NCBI GenBank assembly: GCA_963786955.1
Contig: CAWBAT010000005.1
Coordinates: 576,001 to 640,000, forward strand
Length of the DNA: 64,000 bases
DNA from: an uncultured Acidimicrobiia bacterium
GTDB lineage: Bacteria > Acidobacteriota > Terriglobia > Versatilivoradales > Versatilivoraceae
Reading direction: 5' to 3'
The notes beneath the pieces were generated by a model. The model was not told the DNA's origin. It did not search any database and was given only the letters and a program-made list of their open reading frames with translations. Position numbers and translations under genes: made by a program. Below are positions 27,525-37,727 of the stretch, piece by piece; the first letter of the stretch is position 1; each line of letters starts with the position of its first letter.

Positions 27525-30071
27525 GTGAAGACCATGGTTTCTAATAGAAAAACAAATTTATTGCCTTTGATTTTTGCCCTGGCAGTTGCATCGCTTTATT
27601 TCGGGGGGGATTCGTTCTCAGCCGATAAGACAACTCCCCGGCCCCTCGCCGCGAAACCGAGTGTCCCATCTGTTGCTGCCGGCCCGACGGCAGCACCTGG
27701 CAAACTCGTCTCACTGGAAATCGTGCCACCCCGTTTGGTTTTCACCGACCGTCGTGATTCTTATCATCTCCTGGTTACCGGGAAGATGGCCGACGGAAGC
27801 ACCGAGGATCTGACCAAGGTGGCCAAGTTCACTTTGCGGGATGACAAGCTCGTGATTGATGCTCAGGGGTATGTTTCTCCGATCAAAGAAGGTGAGACTC
27901 AGCTCAAGATCCAGGCTGGCGGATTGGAAACCGAGGTCCCAGTGAGCATCCAGTCGCTGGCAAAATCACGCCCTGTTGACTTTGTCCGGGATATTGCTCC
28001 GATAGTTAACAAAGTTGGATGCACTTCGGGCCCCTGTCATGGGGCCGCCAAAGGAAAGAACGGATTCAAGCTTTCCTTGCGGGGTTATGATCCGGAATTT
28101 GATTTTGAAATGCTGGTTCATGATGTGTCTGGCCGGCGCGTAAACCGCGTCGACCCCGCTCACAGCCTCATGATCGCCAAGCCCACCATGCAGGTTCCAC
28201 ATGGCGGGAACCTCCGCATCGAACCCGATTCACGCTACTACCAAATGATTGTGCAATGGATCTCCAGTGGGACTCCTTTTGGGAATTTAGAATCGTCGAA
28301 GGTAGACAAATTGGAAGTTCTTCCGAGAGACATTCTGCTCAGCAAGCCAGGAATGGGCCAGCAAGTGTCCGTCCTCGCGCATTATCGAGATGGCACCGAG
28401 CGTGACGTCACACGAGAGGCCAACTTCTCTAGCAATACTCCGACCGTTGCCGAAGTGAGTCAGGATGGACTGGTCAGCACCTTGCGCAAAGGAGAATCGG
28501 CCCTGTTGGTTCGTTACGGGGGAAGGTTTGAAACCATCACTATCACAGTTCTCGATGACCGCCCCGGTTTCCAATGGGCCCAGTTGCCCCAAAACAATTA
28601 CATTGACCAGTTTGAAGATGCCAAACTGAGGAAGTTGCGAATTCTTCCCTCGAAACTTTCGACAGATAGCGAATTTATCCGCCGTATTTACCTAGATCTG
28701 ATCGGTTTGCCACCCACTCCCGAAGAAGTACGGGCATTTCAGAACGATCCGGCTGAAAGCCGTCTCAAGCGTGCCCAGTTGATCGATCGACTGATGGCGC
28801 GGCCCGAATACGTCGATCACTGGGCAGTGAAATGGGGGGACCTGTTCCAAAACAATCGCAAGTTTGTTGGAGACAAAGGGGTATGGCTTTATCAGCAATG
28901 GATCAAGGCTTCTCTGGCTCAGAACAAACCCTACGACCTTTGGGTCAGGGAGATGCTTACAGCCAGAGGAAGCACCTACGAAAATCCAGCCGCCAATTTC
29001 TTTCGTGTAGGCAAAGACCCCAAAGTGGCCATGGAGACAACGACCCAGTTGTTCTTGGGAGTGCGCATGGTCTGTGCGCAGTGCCACGACCACCCCTTCG
29101 AACAATGGACGCAGAACCAATACTACGAGATGACTGCATTCTTTAACTCCATCGGGGTTAAAGAAGGAATCGATAGTCAGGAAGAAATTGTCTACGTCAA
29201 GAGAGAAGAAGGTCAGACCAAACACCCCAAAGATGGAAGGATCATTAAACCCAAAGTGCTTTTCGGAAGTTCAACGGAGTCCCCACAGGACAGTGACCGT
29301 CGGATGGTTCTGGTTCGCTGGTTGACTTCCAAAGACAATCCGTACTTTGCCAGGGCGGCCGCAAATCGCGTGTGGAGCTATTTCTTTGGCCGCGGCATTA
29401 TCGAACCAGTCGATGATATCCGGGCCAGCAACCCTCCCAGCAACGAGCCCCTACTGGCTGCCATGACTAAAGACTTCGCAAACCATCAATTTGATTTGCG
29501 GCATCTTGTTCGGACCATTGTGAATTCCCGAACGTATCAGATGAGCTTCGAACCAAACGAATGGAATCGGGAAGATGAAGTCAACTTCTCCCATGCCTTG
29601 CCGCGGCGTCTCCCGGCCGAGACTCTTTTTGATGCCATTAGTGTGGCTACAGGCAACACCTTGAAATTCAAAGAAGTCCCGAAGGGTTTCCACGCGGCGC
29701 AGTTTCCGGACGCAACGGTGGGAATGGGAGGTTTCTTGGATCTTTTCGGCAGGCCGCAACGGGATTCCGCCTGCGAGTGTGAGCGACGCAGTGACGTCAG
29801 TCTGACGCAGGCGCTAAACCTCATCAATGGCCCTTTTGTGGCTGAGGCAATATCGAATCCGGAAGGCCGGGTCGCTAAATTGGTCATACAGGGGACACCG
29901 GACAACAAGATCGTTGAGGAACTTTATTTAGCCGCATACAGCCGGCCTCCGGAACCAAAAGAGATGGAGATGGGGCTGCATTATCTATCGAGTAGTCAGA
30001 ATCGTGCTGAGAAATCCCAGGACCTGATGTGGGCGTTGCTCAACAGCAATGCGTTCTTGTTTAATCGGTAG
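27525..30071 (+). CDS. DUF1549/DUF1553 protein with Ig-like domains
   Basis: GCTSGPCHG, FIRRIYLDLIGLPPT, CAQCHDHPF, NRVW..FFGRGI, CECER, DLMWALLNS. Confidence 0.92.
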   Translation: MKTMVSNRKTNLLPLIFALAVASLYFGGDSFSADKTTPRPLAAKPSVPSVAAGPTAAPGKLVSLEIVPPRLVFTDRRDSYHLLVTGKMADGSTEDLTKVAKFTLRDDKLVIDAQGYVSPIKEGETQLKIQAGGLETEVPVSIQSLAKSRPVDFVRDIAPIVNKVGCTSGPCHGAAKGKNGFKLSLRGYDPEFDFEMLVHDVSGRRVNRVDPAHSLMIAKPTMQVPHGGNLRIEPDSRYYQMIVQWISSGTPFGNLESSKVDKLEVLPRDILLSKPGMGQQVSVLAHYRDGTERDVTREANFSSNTPTVAEVSQDGLVSTLRKGESALLVRYGGRFETITITVLDDRPGFQWAQLPQNNYIDQFEDAKLRKLRILPSKLSTDSEFIRRIYLDLIGLPPTPEEVRAFQNDPAESRLKRAQLIDRLMARPEYVDHWAVKWGDLFQNNRKFVGDKGVWLYQQWIKASLAQNKPYDLWVREMLTARGSTYENPAANFFRVGKDPKVAMETTTQLFLGVRMVCAQCHDHPFEQWTQNQYYEMTAFFNSIGVKEGIDSQEEIVYVKREEGQTKHPKDGRIIKPKVLFGSSTESPQDSDRRMVLVRWLTSKDNPYFARAAANRVWSYFFGRGIIEPVDDIRASNPPSNEPLLAAMTKDFANHQFDLRHLVRTIVNSRTYQMSFEPNEWNREDEVNFSHALPRRLPAETLFDAISVATGNTLKFKEVPKGFHAAQFPDATVGMGGFLDLFGRPQRDSACECERRSDVSLTQALNLINGPFVAEAISNPEGRVAKLVIQGTPDNKIVEELYLAAYSRPPEPKEMEMGLHYLSSSQNRAEKSQDLMWALLNSNAFLFNR

Positions 30072-30134
30072 ACAATCAGGTCACTGCGTAATGAGCAGCA
30101 ATGAAGACTAAATTGAAGTCATGTGGAGGTTACT

Positions 30135-31580
30135 ATGTTAACGATTCCGGGAGCCAAAGGCAGTAGTTGCGATGGAGTGTCTCGTCGCCAATTCTTACAG
30201 GTTGGTGGTGCGACGCTCGTCGGCTTGAGCCTGCCTCAATTTTTCTCTTTGAAAGCGCTCGCAGCAGAAGCAGCGAGCGCCCCCCTCGGTAAACCATTTG
30301 GTAACGCCAAATCGGTGATCCTGGTTTTCCTGCAGGGTGGACCGAGTCATTTGGATATCTGGGACCCCAAGCCCGACGCACCCTCCAATATTCGCGGCGA
30401 CTTCAAGCCCATCAAGACAAAAGTTCCAGGGATCTATGTCAGTGAGATCATGCCTATGCTGGCCGAGCAGATGGACAAGGTTACTTTGATCCGCTCCATG
30501 AGCTATACGCCATCCGGCCTGTTTAACCACACGGCTGCCATCTACCAGATGATGACCGGCTACCCTCCAGACAAAGTGTCCCCTTCGGGACAATTGGAAC
30601 CGCCATCTCCAAGGGATTTCCCGCACATGGGTTGCCAGATTTCCAAGATGAAACCTCCCAAAGACGCCATGCTCCCGTTCGTTGAAATGCCCCGCCCGTT
30701 GCAGGAAAGCGGTGTCATTGGAAAAGGGGGCGCAGCGGGTTTCCTGGGAAAAGCCTATGATCCGTATCGCTTGTATCAGGATCCGAACAAGTCCATCAAA
30801 CTCGACGACCTGACGCTCCGGACCGATGTCCCTCCGGATCGCCTTCAATCGCGGTTTGAACTGCTTAAGGGAATTAATGATTCCATGCCGGACCTGGAAA
30901 AAGCGGTCAGTTCATTTGCTCTGAACCAATATTACGAGAAAGCATATGATCTGGTGCTCTCGGGAAAAGCTCGCAATGCCTTTGATTTGGAAATGGAGCC
31001 AGCCAAGGTCCGTGACCGCTATGGCAGAACGACTTTTGGCCAGGGAGCCTTGTTAACCCGACGTCTGGTGGAAGCGGGCACACGCTTTGTTCAATTGAAT
31101 TGGCCTTCCGTCGCCAATGGCAATCCTGAAGTCGATTCCTGGGATACTCACTCGGCAAACTTTGGCCCGCTCAAGAACTTGCACTGCCCCGTTCTCGATA
31201 AAGCGTTGTCGGCCTTGATCGAAGACCTCGACCAGCGGGGCTTGTTTAAAGACACCCTTTTGATCGCGGTCGGCGAATTCGGACGCTCGCCTCGCCTCGG
31301 TGTCAGCACTTCTGGAAATGTCAATTCTCCCGACGGGCGCGATCATTGGCCTTATTGCTACACGGCATTGATCGCCGGCGCCGGAGTAAAGCGGGGTGAA
31401 ATCTACGGGAAATCCGACGCAACCGGATCGTCTCCGTTAGAAAACCCCGTCCATCCTACGGATCTGGTCGCCACGATTTATTATTCCTTAGGCATCCATC
31501 CGGAAATGGAAATTTTGAACGATTTGAATCAACCCAGGGAGCTCGTCAAGGGGAATCCCGTTTTAAGCCTGTTCAGTTGA
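30135..31580 (+). CDS. DUF1501 protein, Tat-exported
   Basis: SRRQFLQ; GGPSHLDIWDPKP, WDTH, GEFGRSP, GRDHW. Confidence 0.93.
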   Translation: MLTIPGAKGSSCDGVSRRQFLQVGGATLVGLSLPQFFSLKALAAEAASAPLGKPFGNAKSVILVFLQGGPSHLDIWDPKPDAPSNIRGDFKPIKTKVPGIYVSEIMPMLAEQMDKVTLIRSMSYTPSGLFNHTAAIYQMMTGYPPDKVSPSGQLEPPSPRDFPHMGCQISKMKPPKDAMLPFVEMPRPLQESGVIGKGGAAGFLGKAYDPYRLYQDPNKSIKLDDLTLRTDVPPDRLQSRFELLKGINDSMPDLEKAVSSFALNQYYEKAYDLVLSGKARNAFDLEMEPAKVRDRYGRTTFGQGALLTRRLVEAGTRFVQLNWPSVANGNPEVDSWDTHSANFGPLKNLHCPVLDKALSALIEDLDQRGLFKDTLLIAVGEFGRSPRLGVSTSGNVNSPDGRDHWPYCYTALIAGAGVKRGEIYGKSDATGSSPLENPVHPTDLVATIYYSLGIHPEMEILNDLNQPRELVKGNPVLSLFS

Positions 31581-31641
31581 ACCTCACGGTATTTTCATTT
31601 TTACCGTACTTCAAGACTAAATTAATCAAGGAGAATAGACC

Positions 31642-32830
31642 ATGGCAAGCAATCGTGGAGTAGCGTATATCAAGCCGGGGGTGGTGGAGGTGCAAAGCAT
31701 CGACTACCCGAAGCTAGCGATCGGGAATCGGAAGTGCGAACACGGGGTGATTTTAAAGACTGTGGCGACCAACATCTGCGGCAGCGACCAGCACATGGTG
31801 CGAGGGCGGACGACGGCACCGATGGGGCTGGTGTTAGGGCACGAGATCACGGGGGAAGTGATTGAAGCGGGGCGGGATGTGGAGTTTATCAAGGTGGGGG
31901 ACCTGGTGTCGGTGCCGTTTAACATTGCCTGTGGGCGGTGTCGCAACTGCAAGGAGCGGGCGACGGGGGTGTGTTTGAATGTGAATCCGGCGCGGCCGGG
32001 AGCGGCTTACGGGTATGTAGACATGGGGGGATGGATTGGGGGGCAGGCGGAGTATGTGATGGTACCGTATGCGGACTTCAACCTGTTGAAGTTTCCCGAC
32101 AAGGCGCGGGCGATGACGAAGATCCGGGATTTGACGCTGTTTGTCGGACATTTTTCCGACGGGGTATCACGGGGCGGTGAGTGCGGGGACCGGGCCGGGA
32201 TCGGTGGTGTATATCGCAGGGGCGGGGCCGGTAGGGTTGGCCAGTGCGGCCTCGGCACAGTTACTGGGAGCGGCCTGTGTGATTGTGGGAGATTTGATCC
32301 CGGAGCGGTTGGCGCAGGCGAAGAGTTTCGGGTGTGAAGTGGTGGATGTGTCGAAGAAGGCGACGATTGCCGAGCAGATTGAGCAGATTGTGGGAGTCCC
32401 GGAAGTGGATTGTGCGGTGGACTGCGTAGGGTTTGAAGCACGGGGACATGGATCGGACTCGGGGAAAGAAGCGCCGGCGACGGTCTTGAACTCGTTGATG
32501 GAGATTACGCGGGCAGGCGGAGCGCTGGGCATTCCGGGGTTGTATGTGACGGGAGATCCGGGCGGAGTGGATGAGAACGCCAAAGTCGGACGGTTGAGCA
32601 TCCGGATCGGATTAGGCTGGGCGAAGTCGCATTTCTTCACGACAGGACAATGCCCGGTGATGAAATACAACCGGGCGTTGATGACGGCGATTCTCTACGA
32701 CAAGATTCAGATCGCCAAGGCGGTAAACGTGACGGTGATTTCACTGGATGAGGCGCCGCAAGGGTACAAGGATTTCGACAAAGGCGCGGCCAAGAAGTTT
32801 GTCATCGATCCGCACAAATCGGTCAAGTAA
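31642..32830 (+). CDS. fdhA: glutathione-independent formaldehyde dehydrogenase; +1 frameshift near 32141
   Basis: NICGSDQHMVRGRT, GHE, CGRCRNC..C, (L)SDIFPTG, PGLYVTGDPG. Confidence 0.9.
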
Positions 32831-32850
32831 TCACAGATCGCTCCGGTTAA

Positions 32851-32899
32851 AAACAAAAACGCCGCAGATCGGGAAATTCGGTCTGCGGCGTTTTTGTTT
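32851..32899. terminator. bidirectional rho-independent terminator
   Basis: AAACAAAAACGCCGCAGA-loop-TCTGCGGCGTTTTTGTTT after the fdhA stop. Confidence 0.85.
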
Positions 32900-32904
32900 A
32901 GGTT

Positions 32905-33272
32905 GTAGGGAACGCTCGCCGTAGCGTTCCAGGCAGTCACGGCCCACCATTGTCTCTCGCAAAGGCTCAATGAACGCGAGGTGGAGCGGACGCATGGGAC
33001 ACCGTCCCCCTGCGCAGGCTTGAAGGAGATTGGGAGGAGTAAGTGCAGACGCCACCTCCCTGAAATCTCCCCCTGTGCAAGGGGGGACCACTGTGGGCTG
33101 CGGGGGATGTCTTGCTGCAGCAATCCTATTTGTCATTTGTCAATTCCCATTTGCCATTTTTGATTTAAGCTTTTCAATGGAAAATGATAAATGAACAATC
33201 AACAATGACAAATTACTCTTCTTTAGAAGTCGCTCACCCCCAACCCTTCTCCCGCGTTGGGGCCAGGGGGGA
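32905..33272. repeat. cluster of REP-like, CCCC/GGGG hairpin and heptamer repeats
   Basis: GTAGGGAACGC at 32905; CCCCCTGTGCAAGGGGGG; ATTTGTC arrays 33128-33213; CTCCCGCGTTGGGG at about 33250 shared with the MITE. Confidence 0.65.
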
Positions 33273-33353
33273 CCGTCGCTGGCATAATGAACGCGCGACG
33301 GAGCGCGCATTCCACCCGGGGGCAGGGGGAGCCGATGCTGGGAGCTCGGTGCT

Positions 33354-34487
33354 TTATTCCCCTCCCGTGGCTTCCGAAGGCGCAGTTCTATTCCCTACCT
33401 GCTCAGGAACCGCTGACATTCGCCGTTCCCATTCCTGTTTTTCTTCGTAGAGGATTCTAAATACTGCCTGGGTCACGGAAAAGATGACAGGCCCAGCAAA
33501 AAGACCAAGCAGCCCAAAGGCCTGCACTCCTCCCATTAATGCAAAGAAGATCATGAGCGTGTTTAGCTCCACGCCTTTCTTGAGCAGCAGGGGACGAATG
33601 ACGTTATCGACCATTCCTACTAGAACCGCGCTCCATATCAAAAGAAATACGGCTTTGCCATATGACCCGGCAACGACTAATGTGATCACACCCGGCACCC
33701 ATACCAGGGCAGTGCCCACGAGAGGAATCAACGAGGCAAATGAGGCCATCGTCCCCCAGATTATCGGAGACGGAAGACTGGCGATGGCAAAACCAACTCC
33801 CACCAATATTCCTTGCAATCCGGCGACCGCTACCATGCCGTACAAATTGGCGACAATCGCATTGGCCATGAGATTTAGCAGCTCGTTGGTCCGATCGTGT
33901 CCCAGCGGGACATAGGTTATGAGCAATCGGTAGAAATCACTTCCACTCCTGAATAGGAAGAACATGATAAAAAGGACCAGGAGCACCATGCCGATGGTGC
34001 TGGCAATATTACTGAACAGAGAGCTAGCCCACGATATGGAAGCCGTGCTCATTGCCTTTATCCTAGAAAGAAGCATGACCCGAAGGTCCGGCGCGGCGAC
34101 ACCTGTCTTTTTCGCCACCCACTCCACGGGTCCCTCTACCAAATGATTGTACAAATTGGTCCACCCCCCTTCTTGCTGGCTTTGTGCCTCGAGTTGGTAG
34201 TAGAGTTCGCGCCCTTCATTCGCTCCTTTGACTCCCAAATAAGCCAAAGGGCCCAATACCACCAAGACCATCAACAAAATGGTCAGTAGGGCCGATCCGC
34301 TTGGATTACGGATCCGAGTCTGAATCAGCCGGAACACCGGCTGGAAGGAAAGTGTCAAAAGGATCGCCCACAGGATCGGTTTTGAAAAAGGCAGGACTAT
34401 CAGATACACCCCATACAAGAGCAGGAACAGAAGCCCGATCAGGCAGAACAAGGAGAAACTTTTCTTGGGTTCAAGGCCTGGCGTCAT
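33354..34487 (-). CDS. AI-2E family transporter
   Basis: multi-TM; IPLVGTALVW, DNVIRP, GGVQAFGLLGLFAGP. Confidence 0.9.
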   Translation of the reverse strand: MTPGLEPKKSFSLFCLIGLLFLLLYGVYLIVLPFSKPILWAILLTLSFQPVFRLIQTRIRNPSGSALLTILLMVLVVLGPLAYLGVKGANEGRELYYQLEAQSQQEGGWTNLYNHLVEGPVEWVAKKTGVAAPDLRVMLLSRIKAMSTASISWASSLFSNIASTIGMVLLVLFIMFFLFRSGSDFYRLLITYVPLGHDRTNELLNLMANAIVANLYGMVAVAGLQGILVGVGFAIASLPSPIIWGTMASFASLIPLVGTALVWVPGVITLVVAGSYGKAVFLLIWSAVLVGMVDNVIRPLLLKKGVELNTLMIFFALMGGVQAFGLLGLFAGPVIFSVTQAVFRILYEEKQEWERRMSAVPEQVGNRTAPSEATGGE

Positions 34488-34777
34488 CTAAGATCTCCTC
34501 ACTCAATGCGAATCACTGGTCTGGTTTTTCTGAATATCTCGACTGTACCCTAGCAAAACGAATGCCGGGATTCAAGTGATGCCTGGAACGCTCGAACTTT
34601 TCTTGCTTTCTTCTTTCCCTAAAAAGAGTTAGTTTTTTATCGCACCGCTATTTCCTACCCGGGCCGTTCTGGTCTTGAGTTGGCATAAGTCTCATCAGCC
34701 TTCGAACAGCTTTCTTAAGATCGTAATCAGAGGATTGAAACCATGCAACGACACGCTGCAACTCCATGCGAGGAAAA

Positions 34778-36154
34778 ATGACTCCACCCTTTAAGACAGC
34801 CCTTCGTCAACCAGAAGGGAAACCACATGAAGGCAGTCTCGTTTTCGTTTACCTGGTCTCTATCGTGGCTGCTGTAGGAGGGTTTCTGTTTGGTTTTGAT
34901 ACAGCCGTGATTAATGGCGCATTGCCATTTTTGAGGGAAACTTTTCAGCTGACCGATGTACAGATCGAAATTGCAGCCAGCAGCCTGTTGCTCGGATGTG
35001 TCATCGGCGTCAGTTTCGCCGGCTCGCTGAGCGATCGCTATGGACGAAAGCGGATTCTGTTTCTGGCGGCAGGACTTTTCTTTCTCTCCGCGGTTGGAGC
35101 TGCCATTCCCAGCAACCTGGCTCAATTCATTGCCGCGCGCTTTGTTGGAGGGCTCGCCATTGGCGTGGCCTCGATGCTCTCTCCCCTGTATATCGCCGAA
35201 ATCGCCCCGGCAGAGATCCGGGGACGACTGGTTTCGTTAAATCAAATGGCGATCATCACTGGGATTACCTGTTCTTATTTTGTGAGTTGGGTGCTCTCTG
35301 GTATCGGCGTCTCCAGCTGGCGCTGGATGTTTGGAGTCGCCGGGGTTCCTTCGTTGCTCTTTGCCCTGGGAATATTGTCTATGCCGGAAAGTCCACGCTG
35401 GCTGGTCAAGCAGGGAAAGTTTGAGCTGGCCGGAAAGATCCTCTCGCAAGTCAGTGGAAAGAGGCAGGCTCAGCTAGAATTGGAAGAGATTAAGGAAGCG
35501 ATTGCACAGGAGGAAGGCTCAATTGTTCAACTCTTCCAGCCGGGCCTGAGGCGACCGATGCTGATAGCCATTGCTCTCGCTATTCTTCAACAAGTTACCG
35601 GGATCAATACGATCCTCTATTACAGCTCCATCATCTTGACCCGGAACAATGCCTCATCTGCCAGTGATGCTCTACGGGCTAACGTCGTCGTTGGGCTGAT
35701 TAGTTTTGTGGCTACCCTGATGGCGCTCTGGATCATCGATAAGGTAGGACGAAAACCCTTGCTGCTGACAGCCTCTGGAGGCATGGCCCTATCTTTGATT
35801 GGATTGGGAATCGCCTTCCACGGAGCCTCTCCGCCCCAACTCTTAATCCTGGTGATGATTTTTTCTTACGTGGCATTTTTTTCAGTGGGGATGGGTCCTG
35901 GCGTGTGGGTTATCATTTCTGAGTTGTTTCCCACGAGTGTTCGCGGAAGAGCCATGGCCATTGCCACCGTCTTCTTGTGGGCCGCCTGCTTGTTGGTGAC
36001 CTTGTCGTTCTTGTCTTTGATGAATGTTCTCACACCTTCTGGCACGTTCTGGCTTTATGCCTTCCTCTGCGTCATCACACTCGTATTCATCTGGAGATTT
36101 CTCCCGGAGACAAAAGGAAAGACCCTGGAGGAAATTGAGAAGTGGTGGAGATAG
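34778..36154 (+). CDS. sugar porter family MFS transporter
   Basis: GFLFGFDTAVI, DRYGRK, PESPRWL, QQVTGIN, PETKGKTLEEI. Confidence 0.95.
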   Translation: MTPPFKTALRQPEGKPHEGSLVFVYLVSIVAAVGGFLFGFDTAVINGALPFLRETFQLTDVQIEIAASSLLLGCVIGVSFAGSLSDRYGRKRILFLAAGLFFLSAVGAAIPSNLAQFIAARFVGGLAIGVASMLSPLYIAEIAPAEIRGRLVSLNQMAIITGITCSYFVSWVLSGIGVSSWRWMFGVAGVPSLLFALGILSMPESPRWLVKQGKFELAGKILSQVSGKRQAQLELEEIKEAIAQEEGSIVQLFQPGLRRPMLIAIALAILQQVTGINTILYYSSIILTRNNASSASDALRANVVVGLISFVATLMALWIIDKVGRKPLLLTASGGMALSLIGLGIAFHGASPPQLLILVMIFSYVAFFSVGMGPGVWVIISELFPTSVRGRAMAIATVFLWAACLLVTLSFLSLMNVLTPSGTFWLYAFLCVITLVFIWRFLPETKGKTLEEIEKWWR

Positions 36155-36747
36155 CTTGAGCGGCGGGAAGCGAGAAAGAGGAAATTATTGGTCATTGGTC
36201 ATTGGCCATCGTTCATTGTTCATTTGATATTTGTGATTGGCTTTGGCTATTCTAAATTTGATTGACTCGTGAAATCCAAAATACCTCAGACATCTGAGGA
36301 GTCTGCGCTACTCATTTTCTCGCTTATTCGCGTTCATTCGCGTATATCTGCGGCTCTCATTCTTATCGTTTCTAAGAGAAAGCCATGATCTTTGCCCATT
36401 TGATATCGGTGATTTATCAGCTATTTTCGACCTGTTCGCGGAGGAACCAAAGTGATGGATCGTTGCACTAATTTCGGTTGGCAGGTGTCTCAAAATCGTT
36501 GACACTCTCCGCTGCCTTAGACAATCATACCCGACATTCGGAATCGGAAAATGGTAGGGCCGATCGAGTGTCATAAAGGTATCTTTGCATGGTGGGGGTA
36601 TCTTTCGACTCGAAGGCGTGCAGCTCGTGGAGGGGTCCGTTGTTGGGAAAGGGCTCAGTCTGGTGCAAAGTTTGGCGGTGCGTAATGATAAGTGGAATGT
36701 AGGCGTGATGTGACGTTAAGAGCGCAAAGGCTCCCACGATCATCATT

Positions 36748-36865
36748 GTGAACAGCTACCGAGTCAAGCCCGAGTCGTATGGCACCTTGAAGGAAATCAC
36801 CGACGTTCTGAGGGAAAACGCGGAGCTCAAGGTCCTGATCTTGGACCATACGGAGTCGGACGGCA
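36748..36865 (+). pseudogene. OmpA-like peptidoglycan-binding domain fragment
   Basis: VKPESYGTLKEITDVLREN.ELKVLILDHTESDG resembles the OmpA_C GHTD region; no intact gene. Confidence 0.6.
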
Positions 36866-36908
36866 TAGCGGAAATCCGGCTCGAAGTAAATCATAGCGGA
36901 GGCGAGAT

Positions 36909-37727
36909 TTGGTCAGAAGCAGTCGGAGAACGTCGGCATCTGTCGCGATTGCCGCCATCGTCATAGCAAGTGGCGCGCTGTTGGCAGAGGGCGCGCTCGT
37001 GCAACTCGGCCTCACGGAGGCCGCCGCGCGCAAGTTTTTGTTCGATGAAATCAAGAGTCCCGCATCGAGCCGCAGAAGCGAGATTGTGGTCGCCGGCAAT
37101 CGGGCGTTTCTCAAGCTTCCGCCCTCCGCTCGCGGCCCGGCTGCCACGGCTCTGTTTACCTGGGCTAAGGCCTACGTCAACTCGCCTACGTTCAAGACCC
37201 TCTATACCAACTACCGCAGAGACGTGGGAGTGCCGCCAAAGCAGCTCACTGTCGACGAGGAAGTTCGGAAAACCCTGGACGACATGCTGGCCGGAGTGGA
37301 GCAGGCTAAGCGGATGGCGGCCTTGATGCCCCCTGCTGACCGTGCCGGCGCTCTCGAACAGATCAATCACGGCGAGGCCATCGCACGGGATCCTGAGACC
37401 TTTAAGAAGCTCAAAGCTCAGATGGAAGCTGCTCGGGGCCAGTCGGCTGGAAACGGCGCGCTTGCCAAAGACGCGGAAGAGGCGCTTCCCGCCGACCCTC
37501 AGAAGCTCTTCGCGCGCCGATTGCGCGAGTTCCTGAAGGCGACGGCCGACACCAACTTCTCGGCCAGGACCATCAGCCTCACTGGCGGCGCCGACGGCAT
37601 CGAGTTCGTCGATCCCGCCGACAGGAAAAAGTCGTGGGTTTGGCAGGCAGCAGTCATCGCGGGCCAGGAGGCCTCCACGGCAGCCCGCGCTGCGGCCGAG
37701 TCCTGGCTGAAGGAGATCGAGAAATGA
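36909..37727 (+). CDS. exported helical hypothetical protein
   Basis: signal peptide; coiled-coil-like centre; ATGA overlap with next gene. Confidence 0.75.
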   Translation: MVRSSRRTSASVAIAAIVIASGALLAEGALVQLGLTEAAARKFLFDEIKSPASSRRSEIVVAGNRAFLKLPPSARGPAATALFTWAKAYVNSPTFKTLYTNYRRDVGVPPKQLTVDEEVRKTLDDMLAGVEQAKRMAALMPPADRAGALEQINHGEAIARDPETFKKLKAQMEAARGQSAGNGALAKDAEEALPADPQKLFARRLREFLKATADTNFSARTISLTGGADGIEFVDPADRKKSWVWQAAVIAGQEASTAARAAAESWLKEIEK

